Shown here one piece after another: positions 48,278-58,606 of a stretch of 64,000 nucleotides of DNA. The position numbers and the translations under genes are program-made. Origin of the DNA: Pseudomonadota bacterium (GTDB lineage Bacteria; Pseudomonadota; Alphaproteobacteria; Rickettsiales; UBA3002). The notes beneath the pieces were generated by a model. It was not told where the DNA came from and ran no database searches. It saw nothing but the letters and a program-made list of their open reading frames with translations. The stretch spans positions 1,527-65,526 of the forward strand of contig CAUJIC010000021.1 of assembly GCA_963205305.1 (NCBI GenBank), in the 5' to 3' direction. How positions within the stretch are numbered: the stretch's first letter is position 1; each line of letters starts with the position of its first letter.

Positions 48278-49297
48278 CTAGGCAGCGGGGTAATACTCGC
48301 GGTACCACGCCACAAACGCGCTTATCCCCTCGTACACCGTGGTGCTGGGCTTATACCCTGTGGCACGCTGCAGGCGCGAAACATCGGCGAAAGTGCTCGG
48401 AATATCGCCTGCTTGCAGCGGTAATAATTCACGGATGGCCTTTTTGCCGAGCGCCTCTTCCAGCGTTTCAATGTATTCGCTCAAGTTAACGGGCGAACTA
48501 TTGCCGATATTGAACAGCCGATACGGCGCAAAGCTACTGGCGGGGTTTGGCGCGTTTGCATCCCACGCTGTGTCGGGCGAGGCCACATCGTCGCTCGCGC
48601 GGATGACGCCCTCCACAATGTCATCGACATAGGTAAAGTCGCGCGTGTGATTGCCATTATTGAACACCTTGATGGGCAACCCTGCGAGAATATTCTTCGT
48701 GAATAAAAATAGCGCCATATCGGGTCGTCCCCAAGGGCCATACACCGTAAAGAACCGCAAACCCGTGGTGGGCAATTTAAACAGATTACTATAGGCGTGC
48801 GCCATCAGCTCGTTCGCGCGCTTGCTCGCCGCATACATATGCAACGGGTGGTCGACCCCATGCTCCTCCGAAAACGGCATGGTCGCATTGGCGCCATACA
48901 CGCTCGAACTCGATGCATAGGTTAGATGTGGCACGTTTTGGTGGCGGCATGCCTCCAGAATATGCATGAACCCGACAAGGTTCGATGAAACATAATCCTC
49001 AGGGTGCGTTATGCTGTGCCGCACCCCCGCCTGCGCCGCAAGGTGGATGACGCGGTCGAACTTATGTTCTGCAAAGCAACGGTTCACCGCCTCTTTATCT
49101 TCAAGGCTTCCCTGAATGAAGTGGTACTTACCCTTCGCAGCCTCTTTTTCCAGCAACGCCAAGCGCGCATGCTTCAAGTTCACGTCGTAATAACTATTGA
49201 TGCTATCGAAGCCCACCACTTCGTCGCCACGTTTCAGCAGCGCCCGCGCCACATGAAAGCCAATGAAGCCCGCATTACCTGTCACCAGCACCTTCAT
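48278..49297 (-). CDS. NAD-dependent UDP-glucuronate 4-epimerase-like SDR
   Basis: 339 aa. [26 protein letters not shown], and the YAASK catalytic motif. Confidence 0.8.
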   Translation of the reverse strand: MKVLVTGNAGFIGFHVARALLKRGDEVVGFDSINSYYDVNLKHARLALLEKEAAKGKYHFIQGSLEDKEAVNRCFAEHKFDRVIHLAAQAGVRHSITHPEDYVSSNLVGFMHILEACRHQNVPHLTYASSSSVYGANATMPFSEEHGVDHPLHMYAASKRANELMAHAYSNLFKLPTTGLRFFTVYGPWGRPDMALFLFTKNILAGLPIKVFNNGNHTRDFTYVDDIVEGVIRASDDVASPDTAWDANAPNPASSFAPYRLFNIGNSSPVNLSEYIETLEEALGKKAIRELLPLQAGDIPSTFADVSRLQRATGYKPSTTVYEGISAFVAWYREYYPAA

Positions 49298-49998
49298 GCG
49301 CTGCGGCCCTTTTTAGGCTCCGCAATAATGCCCACCTGCAAGCTATAGAAAGGCTGGCTGGTAAACGGCAACCCTTCCACCGCTACAATATCGAAATGCT
49401 GCGAAAGCTGGGCAATCAGGTTGCGGTAATCGAACCCCTTATGCTCGTAGCGCTCCACCTGCTCGGCGTTGCCACGCGTCGCCCAATAAATTTCGCGCCA
49501 TGTGTAGGTTTTCGCATCGCTATGCAAATGCGAGAATAACCGCTTGATGATGTACTTAAACAAAAACGCAGGCCCCACTTCAACAGGAACCGTGATCAAC
49601 AGGCGCTTCTTCGTCACCCGCGCGAGGAATTCGATATAGCCCTTCAGCACCGCGTCAGGAATGAATTCCAGCGTTTTCATCGCGATGCTATAATCAAACT
49701 TGCGTCCTTCATAGGCCGCCAGATCATGCGCCGAGTGCGCCATCACCAACTCCACCCATGGCGCGTTGACATAGCTCATTTGGGCATCGTTGATGCCACC
49801 TTCCCAGCCAGCATCGGCACCTACATAGGTGCGGGGCTTAGGAATCATACTTAGGCTTCGGCAATCAAAGCAACCCAGCTCGAACAGGGTATAGCTATCT
49901 GGTTGCTCGGTCACATGCTTTTTTAACCAATCAAACCGCATGCGATGCAAGCGGCCACGAATACCGCGGGCGAACGTAATTTGGTTCAGGTTACTCAT
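49294..49998 (-). CDS. Putative methyltransferase-fold protein
   Basis: 234 aa. LFELGCFDC is a degenerate motif I, with LEFIPD further on. Weak call. Confidence 0.4.
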   Translation of the reverse strand: MSNLNQITFARGIRGRLHRMRFDWLKKHVTEQPDSYTLFELGCFDCRSLSMIPKPRTYVGADAGWEGGINDAQMSYVNAPWVELVMAHSAHDLAAYEGRKFDYSIAMKTLEFIPDAVLKGYIEFLARVTKKRLLITVPVEVGPAFLFKYIIKRLFSHLHSDAKTYTWREIYWATRGNAEQVERYEHKGFDYRNLIAQLSQHFDIVAVEGLPFTSQPFYSLQVGIIAEPKKGRSA

Positions 49999-51439
49999 GC
50001 ACAGCAGCCTTTGCAGTTCGTGAAGGAACGGTTACATTTCGCATATCTTCTTTAAGTACCACGAGCAAGGTACGAAACATAATTGTCAAGTCAAGCCACA
50101 GCGACATATGGCGAATATACCAAATATCAAGCACCAGTTTTTCCTCGGGCGTTAAGGCATCACCCCCATGGATTTGCGCCCAACCTGTCACACCGGGACG
50201 CACACTCAGGCGCACTTCGCCGCCTTCGGGCTGGTCATCGGGCAGCAGCGGGCGCGGCCCCACAAACGACATGGTGCCCGCCACAATATGAAAAAGCTGG
50301 GGCAATTCATCAAGCCGCAAACGGCGCAGCATTTTTCCAATCGGCGAGGTACGCAAACTATCCCCCGATTTATGGGCAAGGCGGTCTTCATCCAAACGCC
50401 GCACGGTGCGACGCATAGTGCGGAATTTGTAGAGGCTGAACGAGCGCCCATACAGCCCGGGGCGCTTTTGCCAAAAAATAAGTGGCAACCCCACATCAAG
50501 GGCCACCATCAGCGCGGTGAGCAGCAACAACGGCAAAGCAAGCACCAACAAGGTTAGCCCCATCACCACATCAAACCCACGCTTCACATACGGGTAGATG
50601 CCTTTTGGTTTTTCATACAGGGTAGGGTCGATATCCGTCATGTTATGATAAAAATCGGCCTCATTTTTTACCACGCGCTGCTGAAATTGCGGCGCCATAT
50701 CTTTGGCAAACTGCACCACATGAATCACGCCGCGCTGCTCCAAATCCAATAAGGTATTGCGCTCGGCGTTCGTTAAATCCTCAATCAATTGTGCCAAAAT
50801 CACGTGGGTGATGTGGATACCATGGACATGGAACTCCTCCAGCAACCGCGGCAAATCCTCTGGCGTTCCAAGAATTTTCCGCTTCTGGAAGAGTCGATGG
50901 GTGAGGTGCTTATCGCTATCGAGCACGCCCTCCACCACGACCTGATGCTGCACAATGCGCTTGATGAACTCGAAATAAAGCTCTGCCGTATGCGTTGCGC
51001 CAACCACCAGCACATGCTGCTTCAACGCCGAGTGGTGCTTGGGTGAATAACGCTCGGGGCCAAACAAATAGCGCACCAGTAGGCGGTTGCCGCCCATAGC
51101 CACCACCGCAAGCGCCCAATGCATCGGCGGCACCGAGCGCGGCATCATATCGAGGCGGCTAATGGTAAAGAGCACCGTATTGCCCACCAACACCACCACC
51201 GCCACCGCCAGCATCATACTGGCCAACTCGGGGGATGAGGTGAAACGCCACATGCTAGTATGCGTGTGCATTAAGGGCAGCACACACAGCGCCGTTCCCA
51301 GTGTCACTGCCACCAACAGGTAAATATCCTGTGGCTGGCCTTCTTGAATCAAGGGAAACCCATTACGCAAATAGAGCGCCACCAGCAATGCTACGACAAT
51401 GCAGAAGAGATCATGAACTAAATAAATGTATTTTCTCAT
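49991..51439 (-). CDS. Polyprenyl-phosphate glycosyl-phosphotransferase (priming sugar transferase, WbaP/ExoY-like)
   Basis: 482 aa. N-terminal TM bundle, central Rossmann-like region, then KRGFDVV...LYKFRTMR...DELPQLFHIVAGTMSFVGPRP. Confidence 0.88.
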   Translation of the reverse strand: MRKYIYLVHDLFCIVVALLVALYLRNGFPLIQEGQPQDIYLLVAVTLGTALCVLPLMHTHTSMWRFTSSPELASMMLAVAVVVLVGNTVLFTISRLDMMPRSVPPMHWALAVVAMGGNRLLVRYLFGPERYSPKHHSALKQHVLVVGATHTAELYFEFIKRIVQHQVVVEGVLDSDKHLTHRLFQKRKILGTPEDLPRLLEEFHVHGIHITHVILAQLIEDLTNAERNTLLDLEQRGVIHVVQFAKDMAPQFQQRVVKNEADFYHNMTDIDPTLYEKPKGIYPYVKRGFDVVMGLTLLVLALPLLLLTALMVALDVGLPLIFWQKRPGLYGRSFSLYKFRTMRRTVRRLDEDRLAHKSGDSLRTSPIGKMLRRLRLDELPQLFHIVAGTMSFVGPRPLLPDDQPEGGEVRLSVRPGVTGWAQIHGGDALTPEEKLVLDIWYIRHMSLWLDLTIMFRTLLVVLKEDMRNVTVPSRTAKAAVHE

Positions 51440-51529
51440 GTAGCCCCTAGAAAAGCATTGCCTTACTTTCTAGTAGTTTACACGCATCAACATCAAGGTC
51501 TACTGCAAATCGCAACCCGTGGCGGATGC

Positions 51530-52138
51530 CTAGCGCAGGCTGTAAATATCTTGCCCGCGCCACACGCGCTTCTCTTGAATCGTGAAGTTGGCTTGCTTTA
51601 AAATCGCTTCGAACGACGCACGCGAGAGATGGTTCACCCAACCGCTACGCATACGGGTGGTCATACATTCCAGCGCATCGGTCGAGGCATAGGAAACCAA
51701 GCAAGCATTACAATTCGCACGCACTAAGTGCATCACGCGCTGCACGTCATGCACATATTCCAGCACGCCCGAGAAAACGATAAAATCCACCTTTTGCTCA
51801 AGCGGCGGGAATTCCTTGTTCAGGTCACAAATCAGGGTTTCTGGCGAGCGCACCACAATATCCGATGGCTGATAAACGCAGCCTTGCGGTAAAAATTTGC
51901 GTAAATGTTCTTTGCCCGCACCAAATTCGAGCACCGAGGAATTGGGCGTAATCATCCCTGCCATCAACGTGGTGCGTTCGTCCCACTGGTCATCCAAGCT
52001 TTCCGCATTCGACCAACGGTACAGCCCCAAACGTTTGGCGTGCTGCCAGCGCGATATCGCATAGCCAATCGGCGAAGCAAAAAAGCTTTTTGCATGCAGC
52101 ACAGCGGTATTCTTGGGCACGACATACCTCGTTAACAT
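51530..52138 (-). CDS. Class I SAM-dependent methyltransferase
   Basis: 202 aa. Motif I VLEFGAGKEHL, plus FSGVLEYV. Confidence 0.65.
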   Translation of the reverse strand: MLTRYVVPKNTAVLHAKSFFASPIGYAISRWQHAKRLGLYRWSNAESLDDQWDERTTLMAGMITPNSSVLEFGAGKEHLRKFLPQGCVYQPSDIVVRSPETLICDLNKEFPPLEQKVDFIVFSGVLEYVHDVQRVMHLVRANCNACLVSYASTDALECMTTRMRSGWVNHLSRASFEAILKQANFTIQEKRVWRGQDIYSLR

Positions 52139-52273
52139 AGCACAATTCCAAATGAGGCGCTGGCACGTTGTTAGTTGACACTACCAGCAGTTCACTATTT
52201 GTTATCGCGAGAGTTTATAGTGATTTCGCTTCGCGCGCAATTGCATAATCGTTTTGCACAAGAGAGAATTCAT

Positions 52274-53584
52274 ATGAAGATTGCAGTCATTGGTAGCGGC
52301 TATGTGGGGCTGGTAACGGGGGCATGCCTTGCCAATTTCGGGCACGAGGTAACATGCATCGATCGAGATGCCGCCAAAATCGCAAGCCTCGCCCAAGGCG
52401 CAATCCCTATCTTCGAACCTGATTTGGAAGAAATCGTCGCCCTCAACATGGCGGAAAAACGCCTCAGCTTTTCTACTGACCTCAGAAGCGCTGTCGCAGC
52501 AAGCGATGCGGTGTTCATTTGTGTGGGTACCCCACTTGGTGCCACCAGCGGCGCGGCGGATTTAAGCCAAGTGACGGACGCCACCAAAGCCGTGGCCGAT
52601 GCGGCCGATGGCTTCACTGTACTCATTCTTAAATCCACCGTGCCCGTGGGTACCAACGATGCCATGGCCGAACTCATCGCTACGCACCGCCCCAGCGCCG
52701 ATATCGCGGTAGCAAGCAACCCCGAGTTCCTACGCGAGGGCGCAGCCATCCACGATTTCAAATACCCCGACCGCGTGGTTATCGGCACCATCGATGCCCG
52801 CGCGCGCGCCGTGATGGAAGATATTTATCGCCCCATTTCGCTCAACAATAACTCGATTCTATTCACCAGCCGCCGCACGGCCGAGCTGATTAAATACGCG
52901 TCGAACGCCTTCCTTGCGACCAAGATTACCTTCATCAACGAAATTGCCGATTTGTGCGAAAAAGTGGGCGCGGATGTGCAGGAAGTATCGCGCGGCATTG
53001 GGCTTGATAAGCGCATTGGCGATAAATTCCTGAACGCTGGCCCTGGTTACGGCGGCTCGTGCTTCCCGAAAGATACCATGGCGGTGGTCAAAACCGCGCA
53101 GGATTTTGGCGCACCCCTACGCATTGTCGAAACCGTGCTCGATATCAACGCCAAGCGTAAACGCGCCATGGCCGATAAAATCATCGCTGCCATGGGGGGC
53201 GATGTAAAAGGCAAAACCATCGCACTGCTTGGCCTTACCTTCAAACCCTCGACCGACGACATGCGCGACGCGCCCTCCATCGATATCGTCGCGGGCTTGC
53301 AAAAAGCGGGCGCTACCATCCGCGCTTACGACCCCGAAGGCATGGAGCAAGCAGCCAAACTAATGCAGCATATCACCTTCGCGAACGATACGTATGATTG
53401 CGTGGCCAGTGCCGATGCAGTGGTGCTAATCACCGAGTGGGATGCCTTCCGCGCGCTCGACCTGAAGCGCATTTTTGCTGCGCTGCGTGGCAAGGTGTTT
53501 GTCGATTTACGCAATGTCTATCGCCCAAGCGATATGGCCGCGCTCGGCTTCACCTATGTCAGCATTGGCCGCCCCGCCAATTAA
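52274..53584 (+). CDS. ugd: UDP-glucose 6-dehydrogenase
   Basis: ATG 52274. MKIAVIGSGYVGLVTG, catalytic GYGGSCFPKD and LGLTFKPSTDDMRDAP. Confidence 0.92.
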   Translation: MKIAVIGSGYVGLVTGACLANFGHEVTCIDRDAAKIASLAQGAIPIFEPDLEEIVALNMAEKRLSFSTDLRSAVAASDAVFICVGTPLGATSGAADLSQVTDATKAVADAADGFTVLILKSTVPVGTNDAMAELIATHRPSADIAVASNPEFLREGAAIHDFKYPDRVVIGTIDARARAVMEDIYRPISLNNNSILFTSRRTAELIKYASNAFLATKITFINEIADLCEKVGADVQEVSRGIGLDKRIGDKFLNAGPGYGGSCFPKDTMAVVKTAQDFGAPLRIVETVLDINAKRKRAMADKIIAAMGGDVKGKTIALLGLTFKPSTDDMRDAPSIDIVAGLQKAGATIRAYDPEGMEQAAKLMQHITFANDTYDCVASADAVVLITEWDAFRALDLKRIFAALRGKVFVDLRNVYRPSDMAALGFTYVSIGRPAN

Positions 53585-54768
53585 CTGCCAAAGCGCCCCC
53601 AGAACGCACCAAAATCGGCCTCGAATTGCTGTGGCGGCAGGTAAAACCTCGAATCATGCACCTCGGCCACCTGCCCCATCGTCGTGCCGTAATCGAACCC
53701 CAGTGCCACCGTAAGGTTGTGGTATTGTCCGTTCAAACTATGCGCCTCACGCACCATCGGCTCAGCAATTTCAAACAGCGAGCAATGTTCAGGGTGGCGG
53801 TAAAGTATGTTGATCAGCCCCGCGCCATGAATGCCCACCACATGGCGGGCATGGGCAAAGGTCTCAATCTGTTCAGACAGGCTCAGCAAATCGGCATCGA
53901 CCGATTCAAACCCTTTGGGCTTCAGTATCTCAAAAATTTCATCACTGTTGCTCATCGTGCGCCTGCGATGTTTCCCGCGCACCAGAAAAATTTTCCGCTG
54001 CCCGCGTGGCACGGTAATAGGGTGCGCGGCTTTGGCCTGCTCCACCACATCCAAGAACACTTCGCTATTGGTGGAATTGCCGAATGCGTTCACGAATAGA
54101 GCTTCCTCGCAGGCAATGAATTCATCGCCCTGCACCACGATGTTTGCCACCTGCTGGAACATGGGCACATGCGCCAGCAAATAGCGGCCATAGGCCGATT
54201 CGGCCACTTTCTTCGCGACCACCAAACTATAGTCACGAAGGTTGATGCCCGCGCGCATCAGCAGCGCCATCTGTGCCATCAGGTCGGTATAAAAATGCGA
54301 GTAACCGCCCTCGTTCGCATTCCGCAAACTGATGACCTTACCTAAACGCAACATGGGTGTTTTGCACCAAATGGTTTGATAGCGCGGCACGGGCAAAAAC
54401 GGCGAAAGCCCTGAGGGAAAAAGCGAGGAGTACAGCGCATTGCCCGCACCCATCGGCCAACCCGTGGTGGGTTCAATCAACACCTCACCCCGCACGCGCA
54501 CAATCTGCTGAATTTGCTCTGATCGATACCATTGCCGATAGCTCGCGGCAATGCGCGTAGGGATAAATGGGTTTTGTTCCAGCGCCGATTCGGGCACATT
54601 CAGCGTGGAGCGCTTTTCGTAGCTCAAGCGCTCTTCATTAGGGTGGCTCGTAAAGCGAAATAGCAACGGGTCGAGTGTGGCGCGCTTGACTTTGTTGCGG
54701 TTGCCAAGCCACGCTTGCACTGGTTTTGGCAGCACTTTGCGCGCGAGTTTATAGGGGGATAATGACAT
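53581..54768 (-). CDS. Glycosyltransferase family 61 (DUF563)
   Basis: ATG 54768 chosen to avoid overlapping the upstream gene. Motifs GGYSHFYTDLM and VVGIHGAGLINILY. Confidence 0.65.
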   Translation of the reverse strand: MSLSPYKLARKVLPKPVQAWLGNRNKVKRATLDPLLFRFTSHPNEERLSYEKRSTLNVPESALEQNPFIPTRIAASYRQWYRSEQIQQIVRVRGEVLIEPTTGWPMGAGNALYSSLFPSGLSPFLPVPRYQTIWCKTPMLRLGKVISLRNANEGGYSHFYTDLMAQMALLMRAGINLRDYSLVVAKKVAESAYGRYLLAHVPMFQQVANIVVQGDEFIACEEALFVNAFGNSTNSEVFLDVVEQAKAAHPITVPRGQRKIFLVRGKHRRRTMSNSDEIFEILKPKGFESVDADLLSLSEQIETFAHARHVVGIHGAGLINILYRHPEHCSLFEIAEPMVREAHSLNGQYHNLTVALGFDYGTTMGQVAEVHDSRFYLPPQQFEADFGAFWGRFGS

Positions 54769-54784
54769 GCAATTTCCTGCTGTT

Positions 54785-55450
54785 TTACGGTGCTTCGACA
54801 GGCATCGTTGCGCCAAATAAGGCATAAAGCGCTTGCTTATTCTCCACCTTTGCTGCGGCCTGAACGGCAAGCAAGTTGTTGGGGTGTGCATGCTCCAGCA
54901 CGGCCAAGTCGGCGCGCGCGACAGTTAATTCTTCCGCTGTCAAAATCGGTAGGAACGTCAACGCAAATTCGAGACGTTTCTTGGCAAGCCAGCCTTCACG
55001 TGGAGCGGCCTGCGCTGACATACGGTACGCGGTGAACGATGCTGCCCCAGCTCCTTCGCGAAACACATCCAGCATAGCAAGGTCGAGCCACGCTTTGCCA
55101 TCGCGCGGGGTGCAGGCCAAGCGCTCTAGCACTGCATGTTGCATATTCTCAAGTGCTGCATCGCCCTGTGCGGCATCGGTTTGCGCCATGGCCGCGTCGG
55201 CATGCTGTGCAAGCAATAGCGACATATCGGCTTGAAGTGCAGCATTGCAGGGTGTCCAGCCCATCGCCGTTTCGTAGCCCGAAATGGCACCCTTTAGCAT
55301 GCTGTGGCTTGGGGCAGTTTCGCCCTTACGAATGGCCTGCAATGTCGGCTGGTTTGCCAAGCGCACCACATGACCAATCAGTGTTTGCGTCGACCACAAG
55401 CCAGCGAGAATAGCAGCGGCTAAAAACAACCCTAGACGCTGGCGGCTCAT
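54785..55450 (-). CDS. Hypothetical membrane-anchored helical protein
   Basis: 221 aa. N-terminal TM or signal segment LGLFLAAAILAGLW. ATGA overlap with the kinase gene. No motif recognised. Confidence 0.5.
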   Translation of the reverse strand: MSRQRLGLFLAAAILAGLWSTQTLIGHVVRLANQPTLQAIRKGETAPSHSMLKGAISGYETAMGWTPCNAALQADMSLLLAQHADAAMAQTDAAQGDAALENMQHAVLERLACTPRDGKAWLDLAMLDVFREGAGAASFTAYRMSAQAAPREGWLAKKRLEFALTFLPILTAEELTVARADLAVLEHAHPNNLLAVQAAAKVENKQALYALFGATMPVEAP

Positions 55451-57759
55451 GAGGATTGATGATTATAATAGTAGTAGTAATTGTAGTTGTAATAGCCGTA
55501 GCGGCTGGCTTTTTCGGTATCAACCAACGTCAGCAACGAGCCTACGGTTTTCTTGTAAACTTCGGGCGCACGGTGCAAGGCTTTGCTGACCACGCTACGG
55601 TCAGTTTTGCCCCAATGCGCGAGCAGGATGAAGCTATCGATCGAGTTCGCAATCACGCGTGCATCCACAATGTTCAGGATGGGTGGTAAATCGATCAGCA
55701 CCACATCAAAAATCTGCTTCAGGTAATTGATGAGAGCATGCATCTGACCCGAGCCAACAAGGTTCAGGTTCGCAATCGAGGTGTTCGCGCCCTTGGCAGG
55801 AATGAAATACAAATTCTCCTGACCTGTCTTGCGACAAATCCCCGCCAAGTCCATCGCAATGGCTTTTTCGTCTTCGTGTCCAATGCGCGTCGCGAGTTCG
55901 TAGAAGCCCGTCGTAGCGCCAGGCAGGAACCAGTGCGTCAAGCTTGGGCGGCGGAAATCGCAATCGATGAGAGCAACGCGTGCGCCACTTTTCGCAAGGT
56001 GTTTGGCAAGGAAACAGGAGGTGATCGATTTGCCTTCACCAGGGCGCGCCGAAACGAAGGAAATAACCTTCGCCTCATTCGCGTGCATGTTGTCGGTGGT
56101 GAACTGCGTCGCCAGTTGCACATTACGCATAATCTCGGTCACCACGCCCGTTTGCTTATCGAGCATCTGGGTGATTTCGCTAAATGCCGCGCTGTTAAAA
56201 TCACGCGAGGGCAATTCGGTAACACTGAGCTCTTTCGATGACCAACGCTTGCTGAAATGCACCATCTTCTCGCGGTCGAAAGCAATTTTGGGCAGCATGC
56301 CAAGGCACGTGTGGTGCGCGGCGGATTCCAGATCCTCCACTTTCCAAATAAATTTCTCGAACTGCTCGCGCAGGAAGGCAAGGCCAACACCCACACCCAT
56401 CCCCACAAACACCGAGGCCAGAAGAACAAAGCGCTTATTTGGCCAGCTTGGGTAAAGCGGCGGAATCGCATAGCTAATGATGCGCGCGTTCACCGAAGGC
56501 AAGGATTGACGCTCAATCTCCTCGTTCGATTTGTCGAGCATTTTGGTATAGAGATTACGCGTCGAATCGGCGCGACGCTGCATATCACGCAGGCCGATCT
56601 GGCTACGGCTAGTGACCGCTGTAGTTCCCTTCACCGCATCGAGCTGCTCTTGCATGGTTTTTTCTTTGGATTGCGCAATTTCAAGCTCGTTCTTGTAGCT
56701 CTCAGCAATACGACGATACTCTCCCCAAATCAGGTTTTGAATATCCTGCATCTGTTGCAGCAAATTGCGATACATTAAATGTTCGCGGCCTTGCTTGCGA
56801 AGAATTTCCGTCGCCATACGCGATAGCTCAATATATTTGCCACGCAAATCGCCAATCACGCGGTTGGCCAGCACGTCGCTCGTCGCGGTTTCGGGGTTGC
56901 CGCTTTCAATAATCGCTTGAATGTTGTCGTAGCGTGCCTTTGCTTGCGCCGTATCCGCTCGGGCAATGATAAGGCTACTATTCAATTCGGAAAGCTGTTG
57001 GTCGGAGATAAGATTATAATTCTGCGTCTGAACAATATTGTTCTCAACCTTATACGACTCCACCTCGCCTTCGGTCGTCGTCAGTTCTTTTTGCAAACCT
57101 TCCAAGCGACTCTTCAACCAAACGCTGGCGCGCTGCGAGGATTCATATTGCGCTTCCAACTCGTTATCAAGGTAGGTCTCGGCAATCATGTTGGCAATTT
57201 TTGCAGCGCGTTGTGGGTTGCCCGAAGTAAAGCTGATGGCAATGACATACGTGTTGCGAACACGCTCGACATTGACCCCCGACATAAGATTTGCGAGTCG
57301 ACGTTGCTGCTCTAGGCTCGTATCAATCGCTTGTTTTGCCGCAGGTGTCACCCCAAAGATGGACTCTTTAAGGCGCATCAACGGGCTTTTGCTTGCCGCC
57401 TCGGCCGAATCGTAAAGCCCCGCTTTCTTTGCTACCTTATCCATCAGACGGGTGGATTTAATCACCTCAATCTGGCTATCGATGATAAGGCTTTCCTGAA
57501 ACGACGTGCTGCCCGCGAGTTGTTGTGGCAGCGCATTGTTTTGGCGCGGATCAATGAGTATCGAAATGGTCGATGTATAACGTGGCGCCGAAAACATGAT
57601 ATACATGAGGCCAAGGATGAGCGCCGTAAGGCCGCAGACTAGAATCAGCTTCCGATGCCGCTGCAACACCGCAATAATGTCGCGGAACGTGGGCAAATCA
57701 TCGGACTCAAGCCCCGTGGGCTTGTTGAGCGGCGCTTCCTTGATGAGTGCGATATCCAT
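55447..57759 (-). CDS. Polysaccharide co-polymerase / BY-tyrosine autokinase (Wzc/ExoP-like)
   Basis: 770 aa. Wzz-like N-terminus with two TM segments and a coiled coil. Walker A SARPGEGKS, A' ALIDCDFRRP, B VVLIDLPP. C-terminal Tyr cluster RYGYYNYNYYYYYNHQSS. Confidence 0.88.
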   Translation of the reverse strand: MDIALIKEAPLNKPTGLESDDLPTFRDIIAVLQRHRKLILVCGLTALILGLMYIMFSAPRYTSTISILIDPRQNNALPQQLAGSTSFQESLIIDSQIEVIKSTRLMDKVAKKAGLYDSAEAASKSPLMRLKESIFGVTPAAKQAIDTSLEQQRRLANLMSGVNVERVRNTYVIAISFTSGNPQRAAKIANMIAETYLDNELEAQYESSQRASVWLKSRLEGLQKELTTTEGEVESYKVENNIVQTQNYNLISDQQLSELNSSLIIARADTAQAKARYDNIQAIIESGNPETATSDVLANRVIGDLRGKYIELSRMATEILRKQGREHLMYRNLLQQMQDIQNLIWGEYRRIAESYKNELEIAQSKEKTMQEQLDAVKGTTAVTSRSQIGLRDMQRRADSTRNLYTKMLDKSNEEIERQSLPSVNARIISYAIPPLYPSWPNKRFVLLASVFVGMGVGVGLAFLREQFEKFIWKVEDLESAAHHTCLGMLPKIAFDREKMVHFSKRWSSKELSVTELPSRDFNSAAFSEITQMLDKQTGVVTEIMRNVQLATQFTTDNMHANEAKVISFVSARPGEGKSITSCFLAKHLAKSGARVALIDCDFRRPSLTHWFLPGATTGFYELATRIGHEDEKAIAMDLAGICRKTGQENLYFIPAKGANTSIANLNLVGSGQMHALINYLKQIFDVVLIDLPPILNIVDARVIANSIDSFILLAHWGKTDRSVVSKALHRAPEVYKKTVGSLLTLVDTEKASRYGYYNYNYYYYYNHQSS

Positions 57760-57847
57760 GCGATGAATCCAGCGTGTTGTTTTTATTGTCTTACTACTAG
57801 AATTTTATTGGTGTTACTGAAATTGTTAGGCTTGTGGAAACCGATGA

Positions 57848-58606
57848 TTATGGGCTGATAGAAACCACCCCATTACTCGGCCCGTCCGATTTGATTAGTG
57901 CAACGATCATGCCATACCGCGTTAGGTTAGCATTTAACTGGCTTTCAAAGCCATCGCTCTCGCGTTCCATCGCCCAAAATCCATCCAGATTAGTCACCAC
58001 CGAGGGGCCAACCCGTCCTTCGTCATCCGCAAGAGTAGAACCTACAGCGCCACCGCCGCCAGCGTTGTTTGCCGTACGGCGCATGTCCGATTCACGCGAC
58101 CCAATACTACCACCCGTGGATAACTTGCCGCCACCATGGGGGCCAATCGCCGAAAAAGTGGTTTTTAGCCATTTATTCTCCGATTGCATGACTTTGTATG
58201 TGTAGCTGCTCACGATATCCTTAGATTTGCCACTCAACGCGCGAATCGCGCGCACCATACCCGCACCGATAGCCGAAGCCTGCGCGGGTGTGGTGTCTGG
58301 CAAAATCGAGAGTACGGCATCCACCGCCGCGGGCTCCTTGGCCAAGGCTTGCGCCACGTAACGTGCGAGTGCAGGGCCAGCCGTTGGAAATTTCGCCAGA
58401 AGCGATAACGGCTGCGCTTTAATATCCGTCGCTTGCTCCAGCGGCACGCTCAGCGGAGCGGAAGCAGGTATTTCTTGTGCTATGGAGGAACTTGCCACCA
58501 AGGAGACTGCCGAAATCAGCAGCAGTGCCACAGGCCGCAGCAGCAATCGAAAGTGTCTCTCGTTTTGGCTCATCGTAACGCTCCACTTCACCGCTAAACT
58601 TCTCAC
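57848..58606 (-). CDS. Hypothetical secreted Gly/Ala-rich protein
   Basis: GTG 58606 overlaps the phosphatase stop (GTGA). Alternative ATG at 58573. Signal-like LLLISAVSLVASSSIAQE. Confidence 0.5.
   Translation of the reverse strand: MRSLAVKWSVTMSQNERHFRLLLRPVALLLISAVSLVASSSIAQEIPASAPLSVPLEQATDIKAQPLSLLAKFPTAGPALARYVAQALAKEPAAVDAVLSILPDTTPAQASAIGAGMVRAIRALSGKSKDIVSSYTYKVMQSENKWLKTTFSAIGPHGGGKLSTGGSIGSRESDMRRTANNAGGGGAVGSTLADDEGRVGPSVVTNLDGFWAMERESDGFESQLNANLTRYGMIVALIKSDGPSNGVVSISP

Noticed and set aside
52161-52201. TGGCAC-N5-TAGT (sigma54-like) and TTGACA-N15-TATTTG upstream of ugd
   Set aside because: The -12 element lacks the GC dinucleotide. The sigma70-like pair has a perfect -35 but a short 15-nt spacer. 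This is not enough to call either promoter.
55450-55500. Microsatellite-like run (taatagtagtagtaattgtagttgtaatag)
   Set aside because: It is the reverse complement of the coding sequence for the Tyr/Asn cluster at the BY-kinase C-terminus. It is not a non-coding repeat.
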